A DNA stretch of 32,000 bases. Source: Candidatus Kuenenia stuttgartensis (GTDB lineage Bacteria; Planctomycetota; Brocadiia; Brocadiales; Brocadiaceae). Where the stretch lies: assembly GCF_900232105.1 (NCBI RefSeq), contig NZ_LT934425.1, forward strand, positions 270,001 through 302,000, read 5' to 3'. Positions 1 to 7,417 of this stretch are shown here, piece after piece. Positions within the stretch are counted from its first letter, which is position 1. Each line of letters opens with the position of its first letter. Below the pieces are notes generated by a model that was not told where the DNA came from, made no database searches, and saw only the letters and a program-made list of their open reading frames with translations. A program made the position numbers and the translations under genes.

Positions 1-121
1 CAGTCAAATAATTGTATCCCCTATCTAACTTTTTTTGCATAAAGGTTGACGAACCGAAAGCCGCAATCCTGAGCGGCGGCCCTTTATCCACTTTCAGGGT
101 TATTTACAGGAGGATAACGAT

Positions 122-943
122 ATGCGGGAAAATCTCAGCGATTCAGCAGCAAATCTTAAGAATATATTCGAAGAGTATTACTACTTAATTATTAATACCG
201 GCAGTGATAGCCATTTTCTTACTAAAGACAAATACAACGAAATAATGGATAGGTGTGTGAGAACTTTATCCAAAAGAGGTCTTTTGTTGGTTATGGCTGG
301 TAATAAATTAATCATTTCATTTGAAGATGTGAAAGATTTGGACAGGGAATTATTTAAGACGTGGCCATACTATAGTTACAAAGAATTGGATGAAATGGGA
401 CTCTGTAAAATCAATGGGAACGGGCAAAAGACGTATCCAAGCTGGATGATCAACAGAGAGGCAAAACTTAAGGAATATTTTCAAGATCAATATCTGGATT
501 GTTTAGAAAAAATTGAGAACCGCAAATTAGGGGCGAGCACACCGATGCAAATACCCAGAGATACGAAATGCCAAGATTTGGTTAGCAAGCCAGAGAAAGA
601 GCAGGCGAGCATTGATAAACTTTTCTATGATGATCATAAGCGTATTCTGTTTTTTGATAATGAAACACAGTACAAACTGACAAAAAAAGAACAGACATTG
701 GTCGAATGTTTAAGAAGCGATGAACAGGATGTAGAAGACATATGCGAAAAAATTTGGGAGGATAGGGAAGCCAGGGGCAAATTTGACGCACTTAAGTCAA
801 AATTAAACGGAAAGATTAAGACACAATTTGGTGTTAAGCTAATCAGAAACACGGAAAAGGGAAGCGGTAAATACTGTTTTGAAATAAAGATAACTAATAA
901 GAAATTCAAAAAGCAAGATGAAAGTAAGATGCCGGTAAGATAG
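122..943 (+). CDS. Hypothetical protein with a C-terminal OmpR/PhoB-type winged-helix DNA-binding domain
   Basis: AGGAGG lies 8 nt upstream of the ATG. The C-terminal segment LTKKEQTLVECLRS...ICEKIWED...KLNGKIKTQFGVKLIRNTEKGSGKYCF follows the trans_reg_C pattern. The N-terminal 190 aa are unrecognised. An intrinsic terminator lies downstream. Confidence 0.6.
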   Translation: MRENLSDSAANLKNIFEEYYYLIINTGSDSHFLTKDKYNEIMDRCVRTLSKRGLLLVMAGNKLIISFEDVKDLDRELFKTWPYYSYKELDEMGLCKINGNGQKTYPSWMINREAKLKEYFQDQYLDCLEKIENRKLGASTPMQIPRDTKCQDLVSKPEKEQASIDKLFYDDHKRILFFDNETQYKLTKKEQTLVECLRSDEQDVEDICEKIWEDREARGKFDALKSKLNGKIKTQFGVKLIRNTEKGSGKYCFEIKITNKKFKKQDESKMPVR

Positions 944-1025
944 ATATGTTTTTGAATATACCTGCGAATTGTCTGTAAATTAAGGGGATTGAAGCCGATG
1001 TAAAAAAGTAAGATGAAAGTAAGAT
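914..1025. repeat. Iteron-like direct repeats: four GTAAGAT copies in two pairs phased 11 bp apart
   Basis: GTAAGAT occurs at 924-930, 935-941, 1008-1014 and 1019-1025. The 14-mer GATGAAAGTAAGAT is identical at 917-930 and 1012-1025. Confidence 0.5.
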
Positions 1026-1043
1026 TTCATTGGTTGTATAAAG

Positions 1044-1086
1044 AAGCCATGAGGTAAGCGTTTACCTTGTGGCTTTTTTTGTTTTT
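1044..1086 (+). terminator. Rho-independent terminator after the 122-943 gene
   Basis: A 14-bp stem pairs AAGCCATGAGGTAA with TTACCTTGTGGCTT (two G-U pairs) around a 4-nt loop. It is followed by TTTTTTGTTTTT. Confidence 0.75.
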
Positions 1087-1101
1087 ACAGGAGGTATTTT
1101 T

Positions 1102-1275
1102 ATGAGAGACGAACCGGGTAAATTTTTCAATTTTCTGATGCCTTACAGCCAATATGAGGAATTGAGGGGTTTGGCGAGAAAAACGGATTTACCGATGGCT
1201 GAAATAATCCGTCAGGCTGTGCGGTCGGTGTTGGAGTCAGGCGGGCGGGTTAGGCTGAAAAAGCCATGCGCTTAA
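1102..1275 (+). CDS. Ribbon-helix-helix (CopG/Arc-like) small DNA-binding protein
   Basis: GGAGG lies 7 nt upstream of the ATG at 1102; the ORF-track start at 1069 sits inside the terminator. The protein is 57 aa, and the PMAEIIRQAVRSVLE helix is typical of RHH proteins. Confidence 0.6.
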   Translation: MRDEPGKFFNFLMPYSQYEELRGLARKTDLPMAEIIRQAVRSVLESGGRVRLKKPCA

Positions 1276-1353
1276 AAGGCGAAAGACGAACTGGGGGGTT
1301 TGGGGTAAAGGAGCCGGGAATAGTCAGGATTAAACCACAGGAGAGTAACAGAA

Positions 1354-1572
1354 ATGAACACAATGGAAAAACAGAAGGCAGTCTTTTCAGAGATCAGGGT
1401 AAGCAATATGGCTTTTTCCCTGATGGAAAGCATAGCGGAAGTTTACAAAGTGCCGGTTACGGAGATTATCCAGAATGCACTTCAGATGGTGTTGGAGGAA
1501 TGCCTAAAAGAGTATCAGCGTCTTTACCGTGAAGGCAAAAAAACAGAAGCCTGCGACCCTTCGGAAAATTAA
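1354..1572 (+). CDS. Second small RHH-like regulator
   Basis: AGGAGA lies upstream of the ATG. The protein is 72 aa. The segment FSLMESIAEVYKVPVTEIIQNALQMVLEE resembles an RHH beta-strand plus helix layout. Confidence 0.5.
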   Translation: MNTMEKQKAVFSEIRVSNMAFSLMESIAEVYKVPVTEIIQNALQMVLEECLKEYQRLYREGKKTEACDPSEN

Positions 1573-1576
1573 CAGA

Positions 1577-1606
1577 AAAGCCTGCAACGGGGGGGATGCA
1601 GGCTTT
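1577..1606 (+). terminator. Hairpin (possible weak terminator or attenuator) after the RHH genes
   Basis: A 10-bp perfect stem pairs AAAGCCTGCA with TGCAGGCTTT around a 10-nt G-rich loop. The only T tract is the TTT at the 3' end of the stem itself. Confidence 0.4.
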
Positions 1607-1641
1607 CAGAAGATTAACAGATGGATGGAGCTTAACAAATT

Positions 1642-2133
1642 ATGGATGATAAATCAACACTAGACTTTGCAATTTATTACACAGAAGAAAAGAATTTTTC
1701 AATCATACCCTTGATTGGCAAAATCCCTGATGCCAGCGTTTTGCCAAAAGAACCAAACGAAAAAGGCGAACCAAAACCAACATGGCGACCATATCAAAAG
1801 AGAAAGCCAACGCAGGATGAATTACAAAAATGGTTTGGCAATGGCAGTAAACGGAATATCGGCATTGTAACCGGCACTATTTCTGGCATTGCCGTTGTTG
1901 ATTTGGACGGCAGGGAGGCTATACAGCTTGCAAAAGATTTAGAACTACCGGATACACCAGTTGTAAAGACGGCAAGGGGATATCATTTATATTACCGCTA
2001 CCGTCCGGGTATTCGCAATTTTCAAAAGAGGGATGATCTGCCGGGGATTGACGTAAGGGGTGACGGTGGTTATGTTGTTGCGCCTCCTTCAATTCATACA
2101 TCGGGGGTGCAATACGCATGGGCAAAGGGCTAG
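1642..2133 (+). CDS. Bifunctional DNA primase/polymerase (Prim-Pol) N-terminal domain; upstream half of a split primase-helicase
   Basis: Motifs seen: VVDLDG (DxD), GYHLYY and DVRGDGGYVVAPPSIH. The ORF stops at 2131-2133, while the homologous polypeptide continues in the -1 frame. Confidence 0.8.
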   Translation: MDDKSTLDFAIYYTEEKNFSIIPLIGKIPDASVLPKEPNEKGEPKPTWRPYQKRKPTQDELQKWFGNGSKRNIGIVTGTISGIAVVDLDGREAIQLAKDLELPDTPVVKTARGYHLYYRYRPGIRNFQKRDDLPGIDVRGDGGYVVAPPSIHTSGVQYAWAKG

Positions 2134-4004
2134 ACGACATTCCAATGGCTGATTTTCCGGAGATTCTCTTGGCACGGCATGGAAACAATAACCATAAAAC
2201 GCCAGTCAAAGAACTCTATAAAGGCGCAGCAGAAGGCAGCCGTAATGATGCGCTGGCACGTCTTGCCGGGTCATGGGTCCGTGACGGATTATCGCTTGAA
2301 GATTGTCTTGAGAATGCCAGGGTATGGAACACAATGAACAATCCGCCATTACCTGAGCGAGAGGTAGAGCAAACCGTCAGGAGTATTTTTGACAAGCATA
2401 AAAGAAGCGAAGCAGAAAACAAAGATAGCGAACTCGTGAAAAAATATGGAAATCCTTATTATTTCAAAAAACATGGCAAGGTGGAAAGCATTAATGAGGG
2501 TTATTGGGCAGGTTATCATTGTGCCAGGCATGAGGAATTTTACGAGCCTTGCGAAAAGAAATTTTATCATTACGACCCTACAGCGGGATTATACAGTCCT
2601 GTCACGCCAGACCGTATAAAACAGGAAATCAGCGAATACATATTGGAACACTCAAAAGATGTGCCGGGACTAGAGAAATGTAGGTCGGACAAAAACCTTA
2701 ATGCGGTTACTAATCAATTACGTGGCATTGCAGAAAAAACAAATCCATTCGACAAAACAGACAGGCATTATGTCCACCTTAAAAACACAGTCTTGGTTTT
2801 TGATGGCAGCGGCAATATGAAACCGGAGCCGTTTTCACCAAACTTTTATTCCAGAAACCAAAGTCCGATTCCTTTCGATGAAAACGCAAGGTGTCCGAGA
2901 TTTCTTAACGAATTAATAAAACCTGCCTTGAAAAAGTGTGATATACCACTTATGCAAAAATACTACGGGCAGTGCCTGCTTGGGCATAATATAACGCAAA
3001 GAACCCTTATCAAAGATGGGACGGCTGGCGGTGGCAAAACAACAAGTACAGCTATAATTCAAAAAATTGTTGGGCTGGAAAATGTTACACAATTAAGGAC
3101 AAAGCACTTGGACGAAAGATTCGAGCTATTCCGTTTTTTAGGCAAAACTTTATTGGTGGGCGTGGATGTGCCGGGAAATTTTCTTTCTGAAAAAGGGGCG
3201 TATGTCCTAAAAGGACTTGTCGGCGGCGATTTATTAACAACGGAGAAAAAGGGCGGCAATGACGGTTTTTTGCTACATGGCAATTTTAACATAATTATAA
3301 CTTCAAACTCTCGTTTACAGGTTAGATTCGACGGAGACCTTGCAGCGTGGAAACGTAGGCTTTTAATAGTGAGATATGAATTACCACCGCCAAAAATGAA
3401 GATTCCCGATTTTGCAAACATCCTCATTCGCGAGGAAGGGAGCGGAATACTAAATTGGGCGTTGGAAGGGCTTAGAATGTTGTTCGATGATATTCGTCAA
3501 TATGGCGATATATGCTTAGGCGACAGTCAAAATCAAATTATTGATACTCTCATGGCTGAATCTGACAGCCTAAAACATTTTTTGAAAGACTGCGTAATGT
3601 TAGATGCCGAATTAGACTTGTCTATCAATGAGGTTGTCGAAAATTATGCAGAATATTGCGCTTCGCAGGGATGGAATCCAAAACCTATTACAATAATTCA
3701 CCGTGAGGTTGAAAGGTTAATGCTGGAACTTTTCGGGGTGTCAAAGTCTCACAGCCTTATGAGAAACGGCAAAAGCGCCAAAGGTTTTCGTGGTGTTAAA
3801 TTGAAATCATTACAGTTTGGGACGCTTGGGACACATGTTTTCAATCCCTTACGCACGGGAAAAAACATGCAAACTGAAGAAAAATATATAAGTACTAAGG
3901 AGTCAGAAAAAGGCGTCCCAAGCGTCCCAAAACCAATAAACCCCTCCGGTGAAAATCCGGATGACGAAATCCCTGAAAATTTATTGGAGCATATCGAAAT
4001 ATGA
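2118..4004 (+). CDS. PriCT-1 / D5_N / P4-type (superfamily 3) primase-helicase C-terminal part
   Basis: A PriCT-like segment GSRNDALARLAGSWVRDGLSLEDCLENARVWN is present. Walker A is GTAGGGKTT. The length and layout match phage/plasmid primase P4-family proteins. The ORF overlaps the Prim-Pol ORF by 16 nt. Confidence 0.8.
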   Translation: MGKGLDDIPMADFPEILLARHGNNNHKTPVKELYKGAAEGSRNDALARLAGSWVRDGLSLEDCLENARVWNTMNNPPLPEREVEQTVRSIFDKHKRSEAENKDSELVKKYGNPYYFKKHGKVESINEGYWAGYHCARHEEFYEPCEKKFYHYDPTAGLYSPVTPDRIKQEISEYILEHSKDVPGLEKCRSDKNLNAVTNQLRGIAEKTNPFDKTDRHYVHLKNTVLVFDGSGNMKPEPFSPNFYSRNQSPIPFDENARCPRFLNELIKPALKKCDIPLMQKYYGQCLLGHNITQRTLIKDGTAGGGKTTSTAIIQKIVGLENVTQLRTKHLDERFELFRFLGKTLLVGVDVPGNFLSEKGAYVLKGLVGGDLLTTEKKGGNDGFLLHGNFNIIITSNSRLQVRFDGDLAAWKRRLLIVRYELPPPKMKIPDFANILIREEGSGILNWALEGLRMLFDDIRQYGDICLGDSQNQIIDTLMAESDSLKHFLKDCVMLDAELDLSINEVVENYAEYCASQGWNPKPITIIHREVERLMLELFGVSKSHSLMRNGKSAKGFRGVKLKSLQFGTLGTHVFNPLRTGKNMQTEEKYISTKESEKGVPSVPKPINPSGENPDDEIPENLLEHIEI

Positions 4005-4390
4005 TAAACGAGACACTTTTGGAACTTGAAAAGGCAGGCTATCGGGTCACGCTTAACGGCGACAAGATTTGCTTGGATTTCGTTGGCAAAGAAAAGCCTG
4101 CTATGGATACGGTTTTGCCTTTGCTTGAAGCCTTAAAACAAAATAAGGCGGAAGCTATTGTATGCCTTCAGCAGGCAGAAGCCTTAAACGAACGCATGGC
4201 GATAATGGGCGAGAATTGTTCACCGGATGAAGTGTTGCCTTATGTTACAGAATTTAACAGCCTGGTGATACCGTTTGCTTCACCTGCACGCTACCATTGG
4301 TGGAAAGGCGGGCAATCCCCTTGCGAGACATTAAAAGAATTGGGTAGGTGCGATTTGTTGGATAAGTATAGACACGTTTCGGGTAATTAA
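4001..4390 (+). CDS. Hypothetical protein
   Basis: The start is an ATGA overlap with the helicase stop, suggesting translational coupling. The N-terminal LLELEKAGYRVTLNGDKICLDF...LLEALKQNKAEAI weakly resembles TubC_N-type docking domains. Confidence 0.5.
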   Translation: MINETLLELEKAGYRVTLNGDKICLDFVGKEKPAMDTVLPLLEALKQNKAEAIVCLQQAEALNERMAIMGENCSPDEVLPYVTEFNSLVIPFASPARYHWWKGGQSPCETLKELGRCDLLDKYRHVSGN

Positions 4391-4408
4391 ATTACGGAGA
4401 TAGAAAAA

Positions 4409-4597
4409 ATGAGTGAAGAAACTGTAAAACTTTTGTTAAGCATGGATGAAGCATGCCGGGTTTTAAGTTTGAAAAAAAGCACGTTGTATCAAATGGTGAT
4501 GCGTAGACAAATCCCTGTGTGCAAAATAGGCAGGCTAAACCGGTTCCGCATGGAAGATTTACAGGTTTTTATTAAGGAGAATATGATTCATGGTTAA
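4409..4597 (+). CDS. Excisionase-family / AlpA-like helix-turn-helix DNA-binding protein (HTH_17 type)
   Basis: GGAGA RBS is present. The protein is 62 aa. The sequence MDEACRVLSLKKSTLYQMVMRRQIPVCKIGRLNRFRMEDL matches the excisionase-family HTH pattern. Confidence 0.7.
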   Translation: MSEETVKLLLSMDEACRVLSLKKSTLYQMVMRRQIPVCKIGRLNRFRMEDLQVFIKENMIHG

Positions 4598-5075
4598 AAA
4601 CGAACCTGAACCCAAGCGGAAGAACAAACCCAGGCGTAAGAACAAGCCTGTGAATCCTTTAAAGAAAAAACCCTTCAAAATAGATATTGGCAGAGCGTTG
4701 GAATTGCGTTACAAAAACGGCATGAGTTATAGCGAGATAGCCAGACATTTCGGCGTTGCAAAATCCGGAGTCCATGCCATTTTGGAGAAATTCACGAACC
4801 TTATCAGGGAGCCAGAGGAATTGGAGTTTTACGAGAAGTACAAGACGAAACTCCTTTCCTCTGCGGAACTTAAGATATTGGAAAAACTCATGGACGATGA
4901 AACCATAAAAGGGGCTTCTTTGAATAATGCCGCATACGCTTTTCAGAATTTGTTTAATGCGAATAGGCTTGAGCGGGGAAAGTCTACGTCCAATATAGAC
5001 CTCCACGCCTCACTGGAAGAAATTGCCAGCCTTGAGGCCGAATACGAAGAATTAAAAGGAATGTTGGAGGATTGA
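4590..5075 (+). CDS. Basic N-terminus plus HTH protein (sigma-70 region 4-like / small-terminase-like layout), function unknown
   Basis: The start overlaps the upstream stop. The N-terminus is Lys/Arg/Pro-rich, with RKNKP occurring twice. The HTH is GMSYSEIARHFGVAKSGVHAIL. The C-terminus is predicted helical and acidic. Confidence 0.55.
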   Translation: MVKNEPEPKRKNKPRRKNKPVNPLKKKPFKIDIGRALELRYKNGMSYSEIARHFGVAKSGVHAILEKFTNLIREPEELEFYEKYKTKLLSSAELKILEKLMDDETIKGASLNNAAYAFQNLFNANRLERGKSTSNIDLHASLEEIASLEAEYEELKGMLED

Positions 5076-5209
5076 TGAAATCGCAGGAGATAAAAAACAT
5101 GAATGAAAATTTGAAAGTAATGGAAAATGCCAAGATTAGTGAAATCATAGGGCTGGAAATATGTCGGCTTATAGGGTTTTTATTGAAAGAGACAAAAACC
5201 GTTGCTTAG
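5075..5209 (+). CDS. Possible 44-aa coupled small ORF
   Basis: Its ATG overlaps the upstream TGA (TGATG). Its TAG at 5207-5209 overlaps the TTG start of the methylase gene. It is below the ORF-track size cut-off and I recognise no homology. Confidence 0.25.
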   Translation: MKSQEIKNMNENLKVMENAKISEIIGLEICRLIGFLLKETKTVA

Positions 5210-6041
5210 AACTGCAAAATCGCCAGTCAATCGGATCGGCGGCAAATATCAATTAACCGGCTGGCTGTCTAAATATATGCCGGGACATGTTTGCTACGTT
5301 GAACCTTTTGCCGGTGCTGGCCATTTGCTTTTCAGCAAGCGACCTTCACCTGTAGAGGTCCTGAACGATATTGACGGCAATTTAATAAGCTTCTTTCGGG
5401 TGATAAAAGATACCGAAAAGAGACAAAAACTTATAGAAACGCTTGAGAACATGCCGTATGCAAGAAGTCTCTGGCAGGATATCCGGACCCGATGGAAAGC
5501 TGGCGATTTACCAGGGGATGCGATTGAACGGGCGGCATGGTGGTTTTACCTGAACCGTGTTACTTATGGCGGGGATATGCAGACAGGCGGCTTTGCAATG
5601 CCTTCAATAACAGGCAGAAATCCGGCACAAAGCTATTGCAATACCATTGACAGCCTTGAACACGTTGCCGGTAGGTTAAGGGGCGTTACCATAGAATGCT
5701 TGTCTTATGACGAAGTTGTCCGGCGTTATGATTCACCGGATAGTTTCTTCTACGTTGATCCGCCTTACCTGAATGCCGAAGGTTATTACGGCGACAGCTT
5801 CACGGAAAACGACCATTATAGGCTTTCAGAATTGCTCCATGGTATCAAGGGCAAGGCCATGATATCGCATTACCAGAACAGCTTATATGAAAGCCTGTAT
5901 GCCGATTTTAACCGGCATGAATACCAGTCTTTCAAAGGCAGCCATAAGTCAGCCGGTGAAAAAAAGCCGGTTACTGTGGAATGCCTTTATATGAATTTCA
6001 AACCGGCTGTAAATAGGAGTTTGTTTGATGCGATGGAATGA
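5202..6041 (+). CDS. D12-class N6-adenine DNA methyltransferase (Dam-like), orphan
   Basis: Motifs seen: NRIGGK near the N-terminus, EPFAGAG (AdoMet motif I) and FYVDPPY (motif IV). The start is an inferred TTG. No adjacent restriction endonuclease gene was seen. Confidence 0.8.
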   Translation: MLRTAKSPVNRIGGKYQLTGWLSKYMPGHVCYVEPFAGAGHLLFSKRPSPVEVLNDIDGNLISFFRVIKDTEKRQKLIETLENMPYARSLWQDIRTRWKAGDLPGDAIERAAWWFYLNRVTYGGDMQTGGFAMPSITGRNPAQSYCNTIDSLEHVAGRLRGVTIECLSYDEVVRRYDSPDSFFYVDPPYLNAEGYYGDSFTENDHYRLSELLHGIKGKAMISHYQNSLYESLYADFNRHEYQSFKGSHKSAGEKKPVTVECLYMNFKPAVNRSLFDAME

Positions 6042-6066
6042 TTTTTGGATCTTTGATAATTTCTTA

Positions 6067-6723
6067 TTATGGGCGGTTTTCTTTGTGATAGTGCAGGCTA
6101 TTAGCGAACTCATCCGATGTCATCCCCAATGCCCGTGCAGGAGCATCTATCGTCAGTGCAAGGATTGTCTCGATTTCCTCATCTGCCAAATCCGGCTGCG
6201 CTTCTCGTATCTCTGTCTTTATCCTATCTCTGCCGTCCTCGATTTCTTCCTCTCCACGCACAAGCCGGTCGATATATTCATCAATTTCTTTATCTGTCAA
6301 TACTTCCGGCAGTTCAGATTCTATTGCCTCCGCCCTTGTCAATACCTTGCCTGGTCTTTCGGCAGCTTCTGCTTCCTGCCTCACGGAATCTTCCTCAATA
6401 CGGTTCTGTCTTAGCGTGTCCTTTCGTCTCAAGGTCGCCAATCTCGCAGCAATCATTGCGCGCTGGCTTTCATTGACTCTTGGCGGCTTCTGCTCTTTAT
6501 AGCGGTTGGCAAAGTAGAGAAATAAAAGCATACTCCAGAAACCTATATTGAAAAACATATAGCCTCTATCTACATAATAACCGACACAGCAGCTAGCCAC
6601 AAACACACAGACGGCACCTACTATAGCCCATGCTCTTATAAAAAAGTCACAAAAAGAAAAGGCAAAGCCTGCAATAGCAAGGGCAAGTATGATCAGAAAT
6701 AGTAATGTCATCAATGCGTCCAT
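6067..6723 (-). CDS. Membrane protein: 3-4 N-terminal TM helices plus a long acidic helical C-terminal domain
   Basis: The start was chosen at MDALMTLLFL, which has an AAAGGA RBS. The longer ORF-track start would overlap the upstream gene. The hydrophobic N-terminus is followed by NESQRAMIAARLATLRR and an E/D-rich tail. Confidence 0.55.
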   Translation of the reverse strand: MDALMTLLFLIILALAIAGFAFSFCDFFIRAWAIVGAVCVFVASCCVGYYVDRGYMFFNIGFWSMLLFLYFANRYKEQKPPRVNESQRAMIAARLATLRRKDTLRQNRIEEDSVRQEAEAAERPGKVLTRAEAIESELPEVLTDKEIDEYIDRLVRGEEEIEDGRDRIKTEIREAQPDLADEEIETILALTIDAPARALGMTSDEFANSLHYHKENRP

Positions 6724-6802
6724 TTTATTCCTTTCTGAGTAAATAGGCGATAGCAAAAAGAACCAGTGATATACAGACCCCGGATGAGCTGTTTGAAAAG
6801 GA

Positions 6803-7060
6803 TTACAGCAGTTTTGAGACAGCAACGGCAATGCTGGTGCAGCCTGCTACTATGGCAAATATCTTCATGAGCAAATCGGCATGTGATGCTTTTATGCGTA
6901 ATTCGAGTTTGTCGAGTTTTTCGTTTATAAACTCTTTCAAATCCTTTTGTCCGTCTATATGTGATTGCTCTATGGTTTCAGCCAGTATTTCAGCTTGTGC
7001 ATGTGTGAACCCGACAGACTCAAACTTTCTTATGTTTTCTAATTCTTTAGTTATAGGCAT
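6803..7060 (-). CDS. DUF1640-like coiled-coil protein with a C-terminal TM anchor
   Basis: FESVGFTHAQAEILAETIEQ followed by a coiled coil and a hydrophobic C-terminus (IFAIVAGCTSIAVAVSKLL) matches the DUF1640 pattern. Confidence 0.6.
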   Translation of the reverse strand: MPITKELENIRKFESVGFTHAQAEILAETIEQSHIDGQKDLKEFINEKLDKLELRIKASHADLLMKIFAIVAGCTSIAVAVSKLL

Positions 7061-7065
7061 GGTTT

Positions 7066-7167
7066 TTAGTGGGTATGCTTTTCTTTACGTTCCTGGTAGT
7101 AAACAAATACCGAAATAAAAAGAACGATGATTCCAACAACTATAAAACTAAAAGTAAAATTATCCAT
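7066..7167 (-). CDS. Possible 33-aa single-TM peptide heading the minus-strand module
   Basis: AAAGGA RBS is present. The sequence is MDNFTFSFIVVGIIVLFISVFVYYQERKEKHTH. It stops 5 nt before the DUF1640 start. Confidence 0.3.
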   Translation of the reverse strand: MDNFTFSFIVVGIIVLFISVFVYYQERKEKHTH

Positions 7168-7417
7168 ATTATTCATCCTTTCCGTCACAACATTCTATCA
7201 AATACATAAATGAAAGGGAATAGTAAATAAAATAGATAAAAACACATAAAAAAGAACATTGACAATAATTTGAAAGTACGGTAGTACGTACGCAAATACT
7301 GGTGTTGACGGACGCCATAGAGAATATGCCTGATAAAACAGGCAATCAGGGGCAACGGCATTCTTGAACCGTCATTCAAGGGTGTTTGTTGCCTTTTTTT
7401 ATTACAGGAGGGTGGTT

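Noticed and set aside
582-909. Two antisense ORFs (582-791 and 634-909, minus strand) inside the first gene
   Set aside because: They lie entirely within the better-supported + strand gene, which has an RBS, a terminator and a wHTH motif. They have low-complexity composition and no RBS.
1266-1532. 88-aa + strand ORF overlapping the second RHH gene
   Set aside because: It is out of frame with 1354-1572, which has an RBS and an RHH-like sequence. It is Gly-rich with a biased composition and no SD sequence.
6025-6476. Two + strand ORFs (6025-6414 and 6117-6476)
   Set aside because: They are shadows of the minus-strand membrane/acidic protein gene. Their pyrimidine-rich, Leu/Pro/Ser/Phe-rich translations are typical of antisense frames.
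7185-7379. 64-aa minus-strand ORF in the integrase upstream region
   Set aside because: It is AT-rich low-complexity sequence in a divergent promoter region, with no RBS. It would overlap regulatory repeats.
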